From Lophium mytilinum (taxonomy: Eukaryota): a stretch of DNA of 64,000 nucleotides. The position numbers and the translations under genes were made by a program. This document shows, in pieces, positions 12,077 to 24,033 of this stretch. Numbering within the stretch: position 1 is the stretch's first letter; every line of letters starts with the position of its first letter. The notes under the pieces were generated by a model, which was not told the origin of the DNA, made no database searches, and saw only the letters and a program-made list of their open reading frames with translations. The DNA lies in the NCBI GenBank assembly GCA_010093605.1, contig MU004187.1, forward strand, positions 310,001 to 374,000, in the 5' to 3' direction.

Positions 12077-12874
12077 TCACAACTTCGCCTTCTCCCTCTT
12101 CTTCTCTTCCTCCCACTGCAACTGCACTTTCCTCATCCTCCACCAGCTCACCACCCCCACCGCCGCCGCCAACGGCGGACAAACCCACAACAACGTACTC
12201 CACCACGCCGGACTCCCCCTCCTCACTTCCTCCATCACCCTCGCCACATCCCTCTCCAAATCCTCCCGCCCCTTATCATTCCACACCACCGCTCCCGCTC
12301 CCTTCCCCCTCCGCATCACGCGCGCCGCCTTCTCCGCCACATCCCCCTGACTCAACACCCTATTCCTCGCATCCTCCTCACTCAAATGCGCATCCCTGTC
12401 CCTCAATCGCTGAATCTGCACCCCCGGGTCCCTGACCCCGACCACCAATATATTCCCGCAATACCGCTCCCACCCGCTCTCAAACAGCAGCGGCACATCC
12501 AACACCACCGCCCAACTCCCCCGCAAGTACGCCCACACCATCTGCTTGTACATCTCGCGGCGCACGGCCGGGTGCACGATGCCATTCAGCACCTTGCGGT
12601 CGCGCACGCGGTCGTCGGTGGTGCCGAAGACGCGGCGGCCCAGCGCGGGGCGGTTCAGGGGCCGCGCGTGGGCGGGCTCCGGGAGCAGCAGGTCGGGGGT
12701 GGTGGGCAGGAAGTGGCGCACGATGGCGGCGTAGCCGGGGGTGCCGGGCTCGACGACCTTGCGCGCGAGCAGGTCGGCGTCGATGATGGGGAGGGAGTAG
12801 GGGGGTTTGGAGAGGAGGGCGGAAACGGTGGATTTGCCGGTTGCGATGGAGCCCGTTAGGCCGAGGAGGAGCAT
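12077..12874 (-). CDS. CAB5: Dephospho-CoA kinase
   Basis: MLLLGLTGSIATGKSTVS P-loop, IIDADLLAR, LNGIVHPAV, VVLDVPLLFE; C-terminal TM. ORF is open upstream to 13102 but the homologous start is 12874. Confidence 0.94.
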   Translation of the reverse strand: MLLLGLTGSIATGKSTVSALLSKPPYSLPIIDADLLARKVVEPGTPGYAAIVRHFLPTTPDLLLPEPAHARPLNRPALGRRVFGTTDDRVRDRKVLNGIVHPAVRREMYKQMVWAYLRGSWAVVLDVPLLFESGWERYCGNILVVGVRDPGVQIQRLRDRDAHLSEEDARNRVLSQGDVAEKAARVMRRGKGAGAVVWNDKGREDLERDVARVMEEVRRGSPAWWSTLLWVCPPLAAAVGVVSWWRMRKVQLQWEEEKKREKAKL

Positions 12875-13230
12875 GCTTGCGGTTCGGATGTGGTTCTGGT
12901 TCTGAGTTTGTGGGGAGGAAAGGCGTTTGCTGGAGGGTTGAGAGGCGGGTGGACTAGAGGAGGATGGGCGGGCGAACCCAGACGGTTGGGGGTTGTTCAC
13001 ATCTTGGTGAATGGTGCCTGTGGGGGGAGCTTTGGGGTTGGCGGGGAACCTCGGAGCGAGAGATGGCGGCATCGGTAGGGCTGAGGGCTGAAAGCAGGTC
13101 ATTTTAGTTTGTCACGTGATTGACGCATGCATATGCATCTTGGTTTTGTATCACCTTCGTTCAGATGTGCATTAGCGAACATAGAAGCGCAAATTATAAT
13201 GTTGCACGTTTATAACCCGGAAGTTACAGC

Positions 13231-15114
13231 TCAAATCCAACCCCCTTCAGAATGAGACACTTTACTCTCTACGTCCATACTGACTCTCCCTCTACCCACA
13301 GAAATCCCAAACTTATCGCCATCATTAGCTGCAAGTCTCACAGGTACATCACCAATCCCCTCATCTCGATCGCTGAACAGCCACATTCTCTTCGCTTTCT
13401 TTTTCTTAAACAAAGTCTCCGCTCCCATGCCGTCAACTGCCTCCGCTACTCGAGTCCCTCCCCTCGACGCAGCGACAATTAAAGCTCTTGGATCCAAGTA
13501 GTCAAAGTTTCCTAAGCTCATCCAAGCACGCGTTCGAACTGATTCTGCGGCTACAGCCAATAGGACCACAAAGTTGACCCCAAAGACAGCATAGACGTAG
13601 GCTGGCTGGCCAAATCGCAGTGCGTTCCTCTTCACGTTTGCTGTTTGTGACTCGGAGAACTTACCGACCATTATCTGTGCAGCGGCATACGCAGAGAGCA
13701 TGTCGTCCGTCATAGCAGTAATGGAGTTTGTCAAGCCGGCGAGAGTGGCGCTGGCTTCCGTGACTGTCGCCTTCGAAGCGCTCTCCGACATGTTGTACGC
13801 AGCAATACTCGAGTTGAGAGAATTGCCCAGCAAAGAGACGTATAAGTTGGTGAGATCGTTTGACAGGAGCGAGAACTGGCGGACGACGGTCCGGGTAATG
13901 TTACGGTCGGGATTGAAATCCGGAATCCGCGGGCCGGGAGTCACAGCAATGGTGCGATTAGGGAGGTTGACAGATATGTTAAACAGGGTCGGCGTGAACT
14001 CGAAAGAGCATTGGGTCAAGTTGAGGAAGCCATAGTCTTTGCCGGATGCGATAGCGAGGTACCGTCGTTCCGATAATGGTGAGTGGGAAACGCCTATCGC
14101 GACAATCGCATCGGAGTAGTGGCCAACATAGTTGTTGTATTCGATACTCTCCATCACACTGTCTTCGTCAATAGTATCAGGAAGGTATCCACCGGCTACC
14201 CACATCCACTGATCAACATCTTTCCAAATTAGGAAATCGCTGCTGGAGTTGTAGATGCACGAAACTTCAGGAAGATAGCCCGACTCCTGGTAGGTGTATT
14301 CGGTTGCCAGACTCATGGCTCTTATATCCTCGTCGCCAAGGCCAACAGAGCCACCAACACCATATGAACGACCTAGGTAGCTGAATTGGGTGTTGTCGAG
14401 TTTGGAATGTTGCCGGACACTTTTGTCGATGGTGGTCGCCGACGCGCCTGATGATAAAATATCTCCAATAAGCTGAGTGCCCACGTTGTAGGTGAAGTAA
14501 CCCTGCGTAGTGCGGAGAGAGGGTCCTGCTTGTTGAATCTCGGACTGATACTCCTTGATTAGAGAAACGTTTGAGTAGCTGGGAAGTTGGAGTGTAGCCG
14601 CCGTCGCATCAGTCGTCAGGATCGGGGTTATGGCGCCGGCCCATAAAGCAGAAGGAATGACCCCAAAAGAAGCCACAATGAGGACAGGAAAGAACAGTCG
14701 TAATGGAAGGTCCCAGTCGATTCGCGGAGTGCTCATATCCATCCATGCTCGGAGGACATCAAGGGTAACAACTGATTCGTTGAAACGCAAGCGAGTTGCA
14801 TAGTTGATCAGACGACATATAGCCGTGACCTGAATCAATCCAAAAAGAGCAGATAGTAGCTGTACCGTGAATCCGACGGATGCCCGATGCAGGATGATGA
14901 AATTATACGCATGTCCAGAAATGTACCAATGCCAGGAGTCTGCTGCTAACAGTAACGTTGATATGACAGTAGGCACAAATAGCCCATAGAACGCATTGTA
15001 TTTTGCCCAATGCTTGTACGGAGAATTCTTCTTCGACTCATCAAGAGATTCGTGGAGTCCAGATTCCGGGTTTGTCACAGGGAAAATATGATGTAAGACT
15101 TGAGATGGAAACAT
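13231..15114 (-). CDS. Hypothetical membrane protein (several N-terminal TMs, S/T/N-rich luminal region, C-terminal TM)
   Basis: Intronless ORF >620 codons with hydrophobic segments and many NxS/T sites; start uncertain (15114 or slightly upstream). Confidence 0.75.
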   Translation of the reverse strand: MFPSQVLHHIFPVTNPESGLHESLDESKKNSPYKHWAKYNAFYGLFVPTVISTLLLAADSWHWYISGHAYNFIILHRASVGFTVQLLSALFGLIQVTAICRLINYATRLRFNESVVTLDVLRAWMDMSTPRIDWDLPLRLFFPVLIVASFGVIPSALWAGAITPILTTDATAATLQLPSYSNVSLIKEYQSEIQQAGPSLRTTQGYFTYNVGTQLIGDILSSGASATTIDKSVRQHSKLDNTQFSYLGRSYGVGGSVGLGDEDIRAMSLATEYTYQESGYLPEVSCIYNSSSDFLIWKDVDQWMWVAGGYLPDTIDEDSVMESIEYNNYVGHYSDAIVAIGVSHSPLSERRYLAIASGKDYGFLNLTQCSFEFTPTLFNISVNLPNRTIAVTPGPRIPDFNPDRNITRTVVRQFSLLSNDLTNLYVSLLGNSLNSSIAAYNMSESASKATVTEASATLAGLTNSITAMTDDMLSAYAAAQIMVGKFSESQTANVKRNALRFGQPAYVYAVFGVNFVVLLAVAAESVRTRAWMSLGNFDYLDPRALIVAASRGGTRVAEAVDGMGAETLFKKKKAKRMWLFSDRDEGIGDVPVRLAANDGDKFGISVGRGRVSMDVESKVSHSEGGWI

Positions 15115-15728
15115 TGCTGAATGAGACTGAGGAATGAAGGAAAGCGCGATGGAAGGAATGGAATCCCAGGCATGAGTCCTTAAGAGCGCGGGAGGAGGGT
15201 GTTCCTCATGGTTCATACTCGTACAAGTTTCAGATCCGTCCCGGGCGGCTAATGGATGCTGTGCCGCACCCTTCCTGCACGCCAACTTGAGATCGCAGTC
15301 CAACCGAATCAGCCCAGCGTCTAGATCAAGGCGGCTGATACATAGTTGCTTGATTGATTCCTAGGCGCTGAGATATTTCGGGTACAAGCAGTTGTTGGAT
15401 GCGCGCATGTTGATGCGATCACACGTGAAGTCGATACGCAGCATGGACTGCGAGGGATGAACCTATTAACTTTAGAAAGCCATGATCAACGGGTCAGGAT
15501 TGTTCAGCTTCTACTGACATGCTGAATCTATGAGAATTTGGGGCCATTTGCGATTTCCCAAAGGTTGTATGAAGTTGGACAGATCCAGAGTTGATGTTGG
15601 GGTGTTAGCTTTACACTAAAACCCCCTATCGAGTCTGTGACCCCACTTGCGCCCTTTGCGTTATAGCGCCATACGTTAGGTGAAAGTTCATAAAAGGTGT
15701 CTTAGTAAATACACATCTACTAAACTAC

Positions 15729-17426
15729 TCATTTCCCCATCTTCGAGAGGTATTGCATAGGGCCTAGCTTTAGCAACTCTGCGTCCTTTGCCATCACCTC
15801 AGTAACGTTATTTTCCGCGTATTCCCGCAATAAGGTCGCAATGCGTAGATCAGAGACCGACAACACTCTCGCTGCTAATAACGCTGCATTGGTGGAGTTG
15901 TCGATACCAACAGTAGCCACAGGCTCTCCTCTGGGCATCTGCGTCATGCTCCACTGACTATCCAGGCCGTCCAAATGGCTAGCAGCAACCGGTACACCTA
16001 TGACCGGAAGCGTAGTCCATGAGGCCGCCATGCCGGGAAGATGAGCAGCACCACCTGCGGCTGCGATGATGACCTTGAAGCCCTTGTCTTTTGCGGATTT
16101 GGCGAACTGGCGCATCCAGTCTGGTGTTCGGTGGGCGGAAGTGATGCGTGCTTGATATGGGATAGCGAACTTTTCGAGAATCTGGAAGCAGGCTCTAAGG
16201 ACCGGCATATCTGAGTCTGAGCCCATAATCACAGCGACTACGGGTCGCTCCGTAGATGGCTTAGCATCAGTCTTCTTCCCTGACTGCTCGTCGACAGCGT
16301 CTATTAGGGGTTGAATTCTCTTCTCGGCATCGCTCATTGTTGGCGCCGTGACCGTTATGTGGCCCATCTTCCGGCCTTTTCTCGCCTCTCCTTTTCCATA
16401 GAGATGTGTCGTTGCCCCTCCAACCTCGTCGGCCTTCTTTGCAATGTCCACATGCGAGTCTGTTGTCTTGCCGCCCAATATGTTTAGCATGATCGCCGGA
16501 CACCTCAACTCCAGTCCCTCTTTTGGAATTGGTAGATCTAGTATCGTCCTGGCATGTGCATCGTACTGTGATATCGGACACGCCTCGATGGTATAATGAC
16601 CTGAGTTGTGCGGCCGGGGTGCGATTTCGTTGACAAGCAGTTCCCCATTCTTCAACAGGAACATCTCAACTCCGAATACGCCCTTGCCTTCAAATGCCCC
16701 CACAGCTTTCTCTGCCATCTCTTGCGCGCGCTTAGCCGTTGCCGGGCTCACTCTCCTCGCAGGTGCATATACGAGCTTGCAGATGCTATCCTCATGCACA
16801 GTTTCGACTGTCGGATACGAAAGAGTGCCATCCTTCGTCTTGACCACCATAACCGCGAGCTCCATCTCAAACGCCGCCCAGCGCTCTGCATACAGCGGCC
16901 GTGCCCCTAAAGCCTTGATCCCATCCTCGACATCGCCTTCACTCTTCACCACGTAATTACCACGACCATCATACGCCTCCGTTTTGCTCTTAAGCATGAA
17001 CGGATACCCCAACCTCTTTCCCACCTCTTTCACCTCCTCCACTTCCGTAACCCCCAAATCCACGCTCTCTGCCGTCGGCACCCCATGGCGTCCCAGAAAC
17101 GCCTTCTGCGAGAATTTGTCTTTGATTAGCTGCAGCGTTTTCCAGCTCGGCTCCACTTTGACACCTTGATTTGCGATTTCTTCCAGCACGTCCGTGTCCA
17201 CGTGCTCGATCTCGACGGTCACGACATCGCAGCTCTTTGCCAGTTCACGAATCTTAGCGGCGTCCTTGAACGAGCCTTCGATGTGGGAGTCGTGAGCTGA
17301 AATCTGCTTTGCCGGTGCAGAGGGCGCGTCTAGGATGTGGACCTTGATGTTGCGGCGGTTTGTGGCCTCAACGAGCATGCGGCCCAGTTGGCCACCCCCG
17401 AGGACGCCAATAACGCGGGAGTCCAT
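15729..17426 (-). CDS. ADE2: Phosphoribosylaminoimidazole carboxylase (PurK+PurE fusion)
   Basis: IGVLGGGQLGRM, NEIAPRPHNSGH, RKMGHIT, IMGSDSD, SAHRTP, AGGAAHLPGM. Confidence 0.98.
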   Translation of the reverse strand: MDSRVIGVLGGGQLGRMLVEATNRRNIKVHILDAPSAPAKQISAHDSHIEGSFKDAAKIRELAKSCDVVTVEIEHVDTDVLEEIANQGVKVEPSWKTLQLIKDKFSQKAFLGRHGVPTAESVDLGVTEVEEVKEVGKRLGYPFMLKSKTEAYDGRGNYVVKSEGDVEDGIKALGARPLYAERWAAFEMELAVMVVKTKDGTLSYPTVETVHEDSICKLVYAPARRVSPATAKRAQEMAEKAVGAFEGKGVFGVEMFLLKNGELLVNEIAPRPHNSGHYTIEACPISQYDAHARTILDLPIPKEGLELRCPAIMLNILGGKTTDSHVDIAKKADEVGGATTHLYGKGEARKGRKMGHITVTAPTMSDAEKRIQPLIDAVDEQSGKKTDAKPSTERPVVAVIMGSDSDMPVLRACFQILEKFAIPYQARITSAHRTPDWMRQFAKSAKDKGFKVIIAAAGGAAHLPGMAASWTTLPVIGVPVAASHLDGLDSQWSMTQMPRGEPVATVGIDNSTNAALLAARVLSVSDLRIATLLREYAENNVTEVMAKDAELLKLGPMQYLSKMGK

Positions 17427-18104
17427 TATATGAGTGAGTGTTGAAGAAGCGTTGAGTGATCCTTCAATGCAGGGGTGCTATTTCGCTTTTTCTGTGAAGG
17501 CTGTTTTATGGCCGGAAGGAGATATGCTAGGCCGAGGAGAATAGTCCACCGGTAGCTAGGAGTGTACTACAGTGCTTTGCGTATTCTTCTGCGAGGGCGG
17601 GAAGCGTGGTTTTGATGTGTACTTTGATGCGGTTGAGATGGAAATACTTATTTTTGACAGTGCTGGTACGTGGTTCGTGATTGGTGGTGGGGAAGAATTT
17701 TACACTCTCGCCTTAAAACGCGGTCACGGGACATCGCAACATCATCAATGAAATAAAATTTAAATCGTGTAGCTAAACTTCACGAGCGCTGATTAACGGA
17801 TATGATCGTATCGATGACCTCGGAATGCGGCTACTCATGTCTGCTTTCGACTATATGTAGATCTTTTCGTCCCACAAAGTCTTCGCTAAGCTCGCAGTCC
17901 AACCAATACTTCCAAAGCTGCTTTTCGAATCTTCAAGGTGCAAGTGAGTTGCTCATTAATCACAGTCCACTCACTTCAGATTATTAGAGGTCTAGTTGTA
18001 TATCCTCAAACCATCCATCAAACACCAAAGCGCCCCGTTCCTTCTTTAACATCTTCCATCTTCTCCTTCATATCACTACAAATCAAACAATAAAAAGGTG
18101 GACC

Positions 18105-18596
18105 ATGTCATCCGAAGCTTTCAACGTATATCGAGTCGAATACGAACTTGGGTTTCAAGATCCTCTCATGGAACAACCCAACAAACGCTATCACAACGTC
18201 ATCTTCATAGAAATCGATGCCGATGGTGGAGGCCGAAAACTCCAAGTCACTGGCGCAATCGGAGACCTGAACGGAATGGTGTTTCTAGAAGAGCAAGGGC
18301 TCAAGCCAGAGAATTCGGATGGATTCTGGAAGAAGTCGTACCTAGGCCAGATCCAGGCGATAGATCACGAGAAGGTTGTAGAGCTATTGAAAGGAATTGA
18401 CCCGCCTTCCCGCCAGAGGATTTTCGACACTACTACATTGGCATGGCAGAAATGCAAGCCAGATGGAACACTTTATGGCCCAAAAGAGGCAGTTCCTGCG
18501 TACAGAAAGTGCACCGAGTGGACGTTGGAGGAGGCGATACCCGCGTTACTGAAATCTGGGCTGTTGCATCCTCACGGTGTCGCGTCACAGACCTGA
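18105..18596 (+). CDS. Small hypothetical fungal protein (resembles DUF6540-type proteins)
   Basis: 163-aa intronless ORF, good start context (ACCATG); motifs YHNVIFIE..DGGG...QVTG...GM and KCTEWT.EAIPAL; family recalled by eye only. Confidence 0.7.
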   Translation: MSSEAFNVYRVEYELGFQDPLMEQPNKRYHNVIFIEIDADGGGRKLQVTGAIGDLNGMVFLEEQGLKPENSDGFWKKSYLGQIQAIDHEKVVELLKGIDPPSRQRIFDTTTLAWQKCKPDGTLYGPKEAVPAYRKCTEWTLEEAIPALLKSGLLHPHGVASQT

Positions 18597-18919
18597 CTCA
18601 AAATACCTAGAAAGAATGGAGGTTTGCTGTATAGAACAGCTCGAGATCGTTCAAAACTAAGATAGAAGGATAATGCGCCAGATTTTTTACATTGTTATGA
18701 AGAAAAACAACAGACACGAGCAAATGTTGGGATGCCATTATTTCGACGTTGAGGCTAATTTTCACCATGCATTGCAGTCCTGCATCTGAACCTTTCAAAG
18801 TGTTCTGCGGGTAACGTCGATCACTGGTTTTAGGCAACACTAAATGTGCCTCTCACCACATACTTGCTTTTCACGACCGCTTAGATTATCGTGAACCTTA
18901 ATCAACAGTCCCACCCGAT

Positions 18920-20960
18920 ATGGCGAGCTGTAGCAATTGCAATTATTTGCACACGAACTTGAAGCTGCGTATCAACACCTCGGAGCTAAGGCAGTCCGCG
19001 GAGTTGGGCTGTCCACTGTGCAGCTTGATCGTTGAGGGATATGAAAGCTTCAAGACTAAGCAAAACGACCATGCCATTTTTCTCGTCCATAATCATGCTG
19101 GATTGCACGCGTGGGCCTCCAAAAGGACAAGAACAGGGAGGATTGCAACTACTCGTATCACATACTATACATTGCCAGGTATTGTTCCCCTTGTCCCTAG
19201 ATTGGACGAGTAGAGACGAAGTACTCTCTAATTCAGAACGAAGGCTCACGGCAGTAGGTGAGACTTCTCCATGGAGCATTATCGGCTCTTGTCCACACCC
19301 TACGGAACGATCCACTCTCCACGAATATGCGAAAGACATTCAATCAGCTTTTGATACGTGCGCCACAAGCCATGATAAGTGTGCGCCACCAGCTTCAGTG
19401 CCAGTCAATCTTCCTACACGTTTGATACATGTTGGAAACTTACACTCGCATTTCCTGCCATTTTTGCTCGAGTCTAAGGATATTTCCAACGATAAAAGAC
19501 TAACGCGGAAAGACGACAGATACATAGCGCTGAGTCACTGTTGGGGGACTTCGCAACATGTCACCACAAACAGAGAAACGTACGAGGACAGGACCGTTGG
19601 GATTCCATGGAGCAGCTTGCCAAAGACATTCCAGGACGCCATCGCCATCACACGAGCCTTGGGAATACAGTATATCTGGATCGATTCGCTCGCGATAATC
19701 CAAGGAGATCTTGAAGACTGGGCCCGAGAAGCATCAAAGATGGCATCAATCTTTCAGAACTGCTTCTTAGCCCTTGGTGCGACAGACTCAGCTGGAGGAG
19801 AGCGTGGCATGCTTTTCTCGCCCAAAATCCATAAAATATCTAAAACGATCAACGAGCGGGCGTTCCAGGTCTTCGTGCGAGTCGCTTCAAATCATGAAGA
19901 AGTCGACTTTGGTCTTGACAACCATCCACTGCTGTCTAGAGGATGGACTTTTCAGGAACAACTCCTTGCACCCCGCTTCGTTCATTTTACTAGAGATTCG
20001 CTTGTTTGGGAGTGCAATGACGGGCTTCATTGCGAGTGCTGTGGACGGATGCTAGACGACTCAAGCACTTTCAGAGATCATTTCGCAACCATGCAGCTGA
20101 CACTACACAAGCCCGGCGGGCTGGCAAGCCCCTGGGAAATCTTGAGATCTGAACAGCCCATGGTTTCGAATCTATGGTGTAATTTAGTGGAGAGATATTC
20201 CTTGCGGAAGCTTAGCTACGACTGGGACAGACTTCCTGCCATATCCAGTCTTGCTTCCATGTTCACAAGCCATTTAGGTAAATACTTGGCAGGCCACTGG
20301 GAATCAGATCTCCCTTTCTCTTTGCTGTGGGAACCGAGAGCACATTCGGGCCGTCGTTCCAGACCTTCTGAGAGACCTGTTTCGAGCCCGCCATCTTGGT
20401 CCTGGGCTTCCATAGAAGACGACTCGATTTCTTGGTACGGCAGAAATGAGTACGACTTACTTGAAAGCGAGGTGGAGATCCTTGAGGCTGGGTGTCGCCT
20501 CAGCTCATCCGACCCACACGGGACGGTTGCGGGAGGTTCGATTAAGATACGTGGCAGATTGATACGGTTCGAATTCCCACAATATGCTAGTCTCGTCTCA
20601 CCATACTACTTACGTTTGGTGGAGCAGATGCATCCCGATCTTCCCCCAGACCTGCGTGTCGGAGGATTTCGTCCAGATCTACCGGCTCCTTCGCTGGATT
20701 CCGTTACATTGGCCGGGACGACGGTATATTTTATTCTCTTGGCTAGCCGCCCAATACGGCGAGATAATGGCACAGAATCTCAGAACTACGGATTGGTCCT
20801 CAAACGTGTTCAAGGAGCACGAGCGCAGAGTGCGGGAGAGAGCATTTTCCCAAGATCATACGTTTACGAGAGGGTTGGCTTGGGCTTTCTTTTTAGTGAT
20901 AAGAATTCGAGATGGTTTCCCCCTCTCGATATGTACCCGGAGGATATTTTGTTGGTTTGA
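18920..20960 (+). CDS. Heterokaryon-incompatibility (HET, PF06985) domain protein; intron from 19179 to 19236 or 19257
   Basis: YIALSHCWG, LPKTFQDAI..TRALGIQYIWIDSLAIIQ, DW.REASKMASIF, PLLSRGWTFQE, DRLPAIS, PSWSWAS; N-terminal CxxC...CPLC exon. Confidence 0.93.
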
Positions 20961-21368
20961 GTTTTCTCTGGCAATGGCGCTGTCTTGGAAATTAGTCAAT
21001 CTAACGACGGACGTTACATGATGACCGGGAGGAGAGATAGGGTTCCGATTTCGATGAGTGTACCGCTGAGAAAACCTGGAAACTTGAGTTATGGCTTTCT
21101 TATTAGACAACCTCATCCAAACTTTCCGTTGGCTCGGAAGTTTCAAAATGAAATATGGAATAATACACTTCGGATGTTTTCCGCGAGACAACCTGCGAAC
21201 GCCGTCCAAGTGTACCCGATTGACGTCCTTGTTTTCCATGCATGCAAACTGTGAGGACTCAAACGACGCCACGCCAATGCAACGGTCCTGCCTCACTCCC
21301 CAGCCCAGCCATGCTCATACGCTAATTAATCAAAAACACCGTTGATGACGATAGAGAGTCTCCCGGCC

Positions 21369-22574
21369 TTACTCGTCGTCGGCCTCCTCAACGCGAGCGT
21401 GCAACACGCGTTTAGTGGCGGTAGCGGTAGGAGCAGTGCCTGTAGCTTGAGGCGCCGTGGTGACAGGTGCCGCGGTGACGGGAGTGACAGTCTTTGCGGA
21501 CTCGGATCCAGGGGCAGCTTCGCCATTAGCCCCTTTCTTCGACTTTTTGGGCTTCTTAGCCTTCTTGTCCTGTTGCAATGGTTAGTTTCAGGAAGTGTAG
21601 TTCTAATCCACCTTAGAGCTCACCTCCTGCCATCCATAGAATGGCTTGAAAGAATCAAAGAACCCAACGTCCTCGAAAAGGTTGGGATACAGCCACAAGC
21701 CAGGGGGAATCGCGAACATCGTAATCACAAACAAGATCAGCCTGAAGATAGCCATCCCGAAGAACAGCCCAATCAGTCCTAGCATACCCATACTCAAATA
21801 CCACACTCCCTGTCGCATGATCAGGGGCCATAGCGGGAACATGACCACGGCGATGACCACGATCAGTGCACCGAGGGCGTACAATTTCTGCTTCCACTGT
21901 GGTCCCTCATATAGCCAAACATAGTACTGCTCGTCATTTGCTTCCTGGTGTGCCTCCACACGGACGGTCCAAAGGCCTTTGATGCGCTTGGCCTTCGCGT
22001 GGCCGTGGCCTTCGTGGCCGGCGCTGGGATCGACTTTCGAAACGCGGAGCGCAATAAGGGACATTGGGAGAAGCTTGAATGTGTTTTCGGCAGTCTGTCG
22101 GTCTTTCACCTCAGGGAGAAGGGCGTTCTTTTTCCGGGCTTTCTCATAGGCGGGGGACTGGAGGGCGCGAATGGCTCGTTTGACTGTCGCATGTGTAAGC
22201 AGTGTGCTGAACTTTCGAAAACAAATATGCATACCTCTGAACATGTCCTTCCGCTTTTCGTCTAATAAACAGGTCCTCGGTTTTAAGTCTTGGGAGCGTA
22301 GGAAGCCTGCCACCGCGAGTGCGGCGGGATTGGGGGGTCCTGGGTTTATGGGCACCTGCTGTTGTTGCTGTTGTTGCTGTTGTTGCTGAGCAGCTTGTTG
22401 TTGAGCTTGTGCCTGCTGTTGGGCTTGATGCTTTTGCATTGCTTGTGCTTTGAGCTGTTCGATATATTGTTGGACGGTAATTCCGAGTCGTTGCGCCTCG
22501 GCGGCCATCTGCTGCTGCATTGCGCGGATCTGCTCCGGAGAGGGTTGCTGGGGCGGTCCCGGAGGTCGCTGCAT
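21369..22574 (-). CDS. SEC62: Translocation protein Sec62 with poly-Q N-terminus (2 introns)
   Basis: FR|VKRAIRAL, YYVWLYEG, FPLWP, GLWLYPNLFEDVGFFDSFKPFYGW; last exon ends VEEADDE*. Confidence 0.95.
22356..22446 (-). repeat. CAG/CAA poly-glutamine tract in SEC62
   Basis: (tgttgc/tgt)n on + strand; encodes QAQQQAAQQQQQQQQQQQ. Confidence 0.9.
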
Positions 22575-22813
22575 TGTGGGCGGGTGTGTGGAGTGTGGAG
22601 ATGGTGGTGGAGGTTCTATTGTGTGTAAGTGATAGTCGATGGTGAAGCGACAAAGATGACGGAAATATAAGTTCAAGTTGAAGACAGAGTGTCATTGCGT
22701 TAGAGCCTACCGTGGTTCTACGGTGGACCCTACACCATTTCACGTCAACCTCAACCAAATTGAATTTCTGCCTCAAAAACTTCACCTAACCCTGACATTC
22801 AACCTGAAAAGCC

Positions 22814-23459
22814 ATGTCTGCCGCACAGCTTTCCCAGGCCAATGGGGCTGCGATAGTCCAAGGTTAGTGTTTCCATCATTCAACAATGCAAATATTAAAA
22901 TCGGTCCACAGAACAGGCACCGAAAAAGTGGGAGCTGGGCATATGGTACGCACTCTACAGCTGGGAAGCCCTCAAAATCGCGGTTCAGAACGAATGGGGA
23001 GGGCCAGATAGCGCAGATATACGCGATTGGCTCGCAGGCCGCATATCGACCATGTTCGACGAAGATCCGGAAACCGATGCTTTGGACATCGAGGTCGTCC
23101 TTTTAGAAACCATGCAGGATGATTTCGGAGTCCGACTCGAGGATGACACTGAGAGCATCGTTGCACAGCAAATCATGAACATAATGCAAGAGGCATCCGA
23201 GGGCAAGTCCTCGACGGCTGATGCTTTGGAAGCGAAATGGTCAGCCACCAAGGACAAGCCTTTGCAGAAGGGTAAACTTCGAATTGTGGAAACGAATCAA
23301 GACTGGGACGGCGACAGTGTGGACGAGGAGTCGGACGAAGACGACGATGACGATGTCTCCATGACCGATGCGCCTGCACTTGTCCCCGTGAAGGTAAAGG
23401 CCGCGCCAGAAGTTGACGATGATGGTTTCACGAAGGTTACTGGGAAGAGAGGACGCTAG
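22814..23459 (+). CDS. TSR2: Pre-rRNA-processing protein Tsr2 (1 intron)
   Basis: WEALKIAVQNEWGGPDSADIRDWLAG, MQDDFGVRLEDD, C-terminal VDDDGFTKV. Confidence 0.92.
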
Positions 23460-24033
23460 GGGGCGTTCTCGTCCTTGCTATCTTGTTCTTCACGTTTCAC
23501 GGATTTCACGAAAAGTTAAGCATGAGTTCGGAGTTTTGAGGAAAATATGGAGGTGCATAAGAGATACGGAGTACAGATACCCAGGAGACGGAAAACATGA
23601 ATGCTCCAAAAGTTAGAACTGGAGTCACTCTCTGCCATTGAGGCATCTTTTGCAGCCATAGAATACATCTTGAGCAATTGCATACATGCCTGAAAAGACA
23701 TCATACTGAATACCTCGCACCTGTAGAATATTGCTCATATAAAATGTTGATGAAGAGCTAAAACTTCTCTTTGGTGAAGTATCTGAACTTTGTCTTTTCT
23801 GGATCGGGCTCCAATAGATCGAATCCTCTAAGCAACGATAGTGTGATCATCTTCCAATTTATTATTGCAATTGAACCATTGCCCCTCAGTAATTGGAAAG
23901 GAGGGCCAAATTGATGCCAAGCCGGAAAAATGATCCACCGGCCCACTCTCGCTTCTCGCTTCGCGCAAATATTCCACTCCTCGAAACATCGAGACTCCGG
24001 AGCAGAGCCAACGACAACCCATCCGCCGACAAG

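Noticed and set aside
12875..13102. 76-codon in-frame N-terminal extension of CAB5
   Set aside because: Low-complexity P/S sequence typical of C-rich leaders; the upstream ATG is 11 bp from a promoter E-box and is probably not transcribed
21018..21069. C/D-box snoRNA-like motifs (ATGATGA...CCGA..CGATGA...CTGA) downstream of the HET gene
   Set aside because: Only ~52 nt, no terminal stem, and no recognisable antisense rRNA guide
23893..24033. TTG-initiated N-terminal extension of RPS6
   Set aside because: The conserved eS6 start MKLNIS is at 24034 in good context; upstream sequence is leader or promoter
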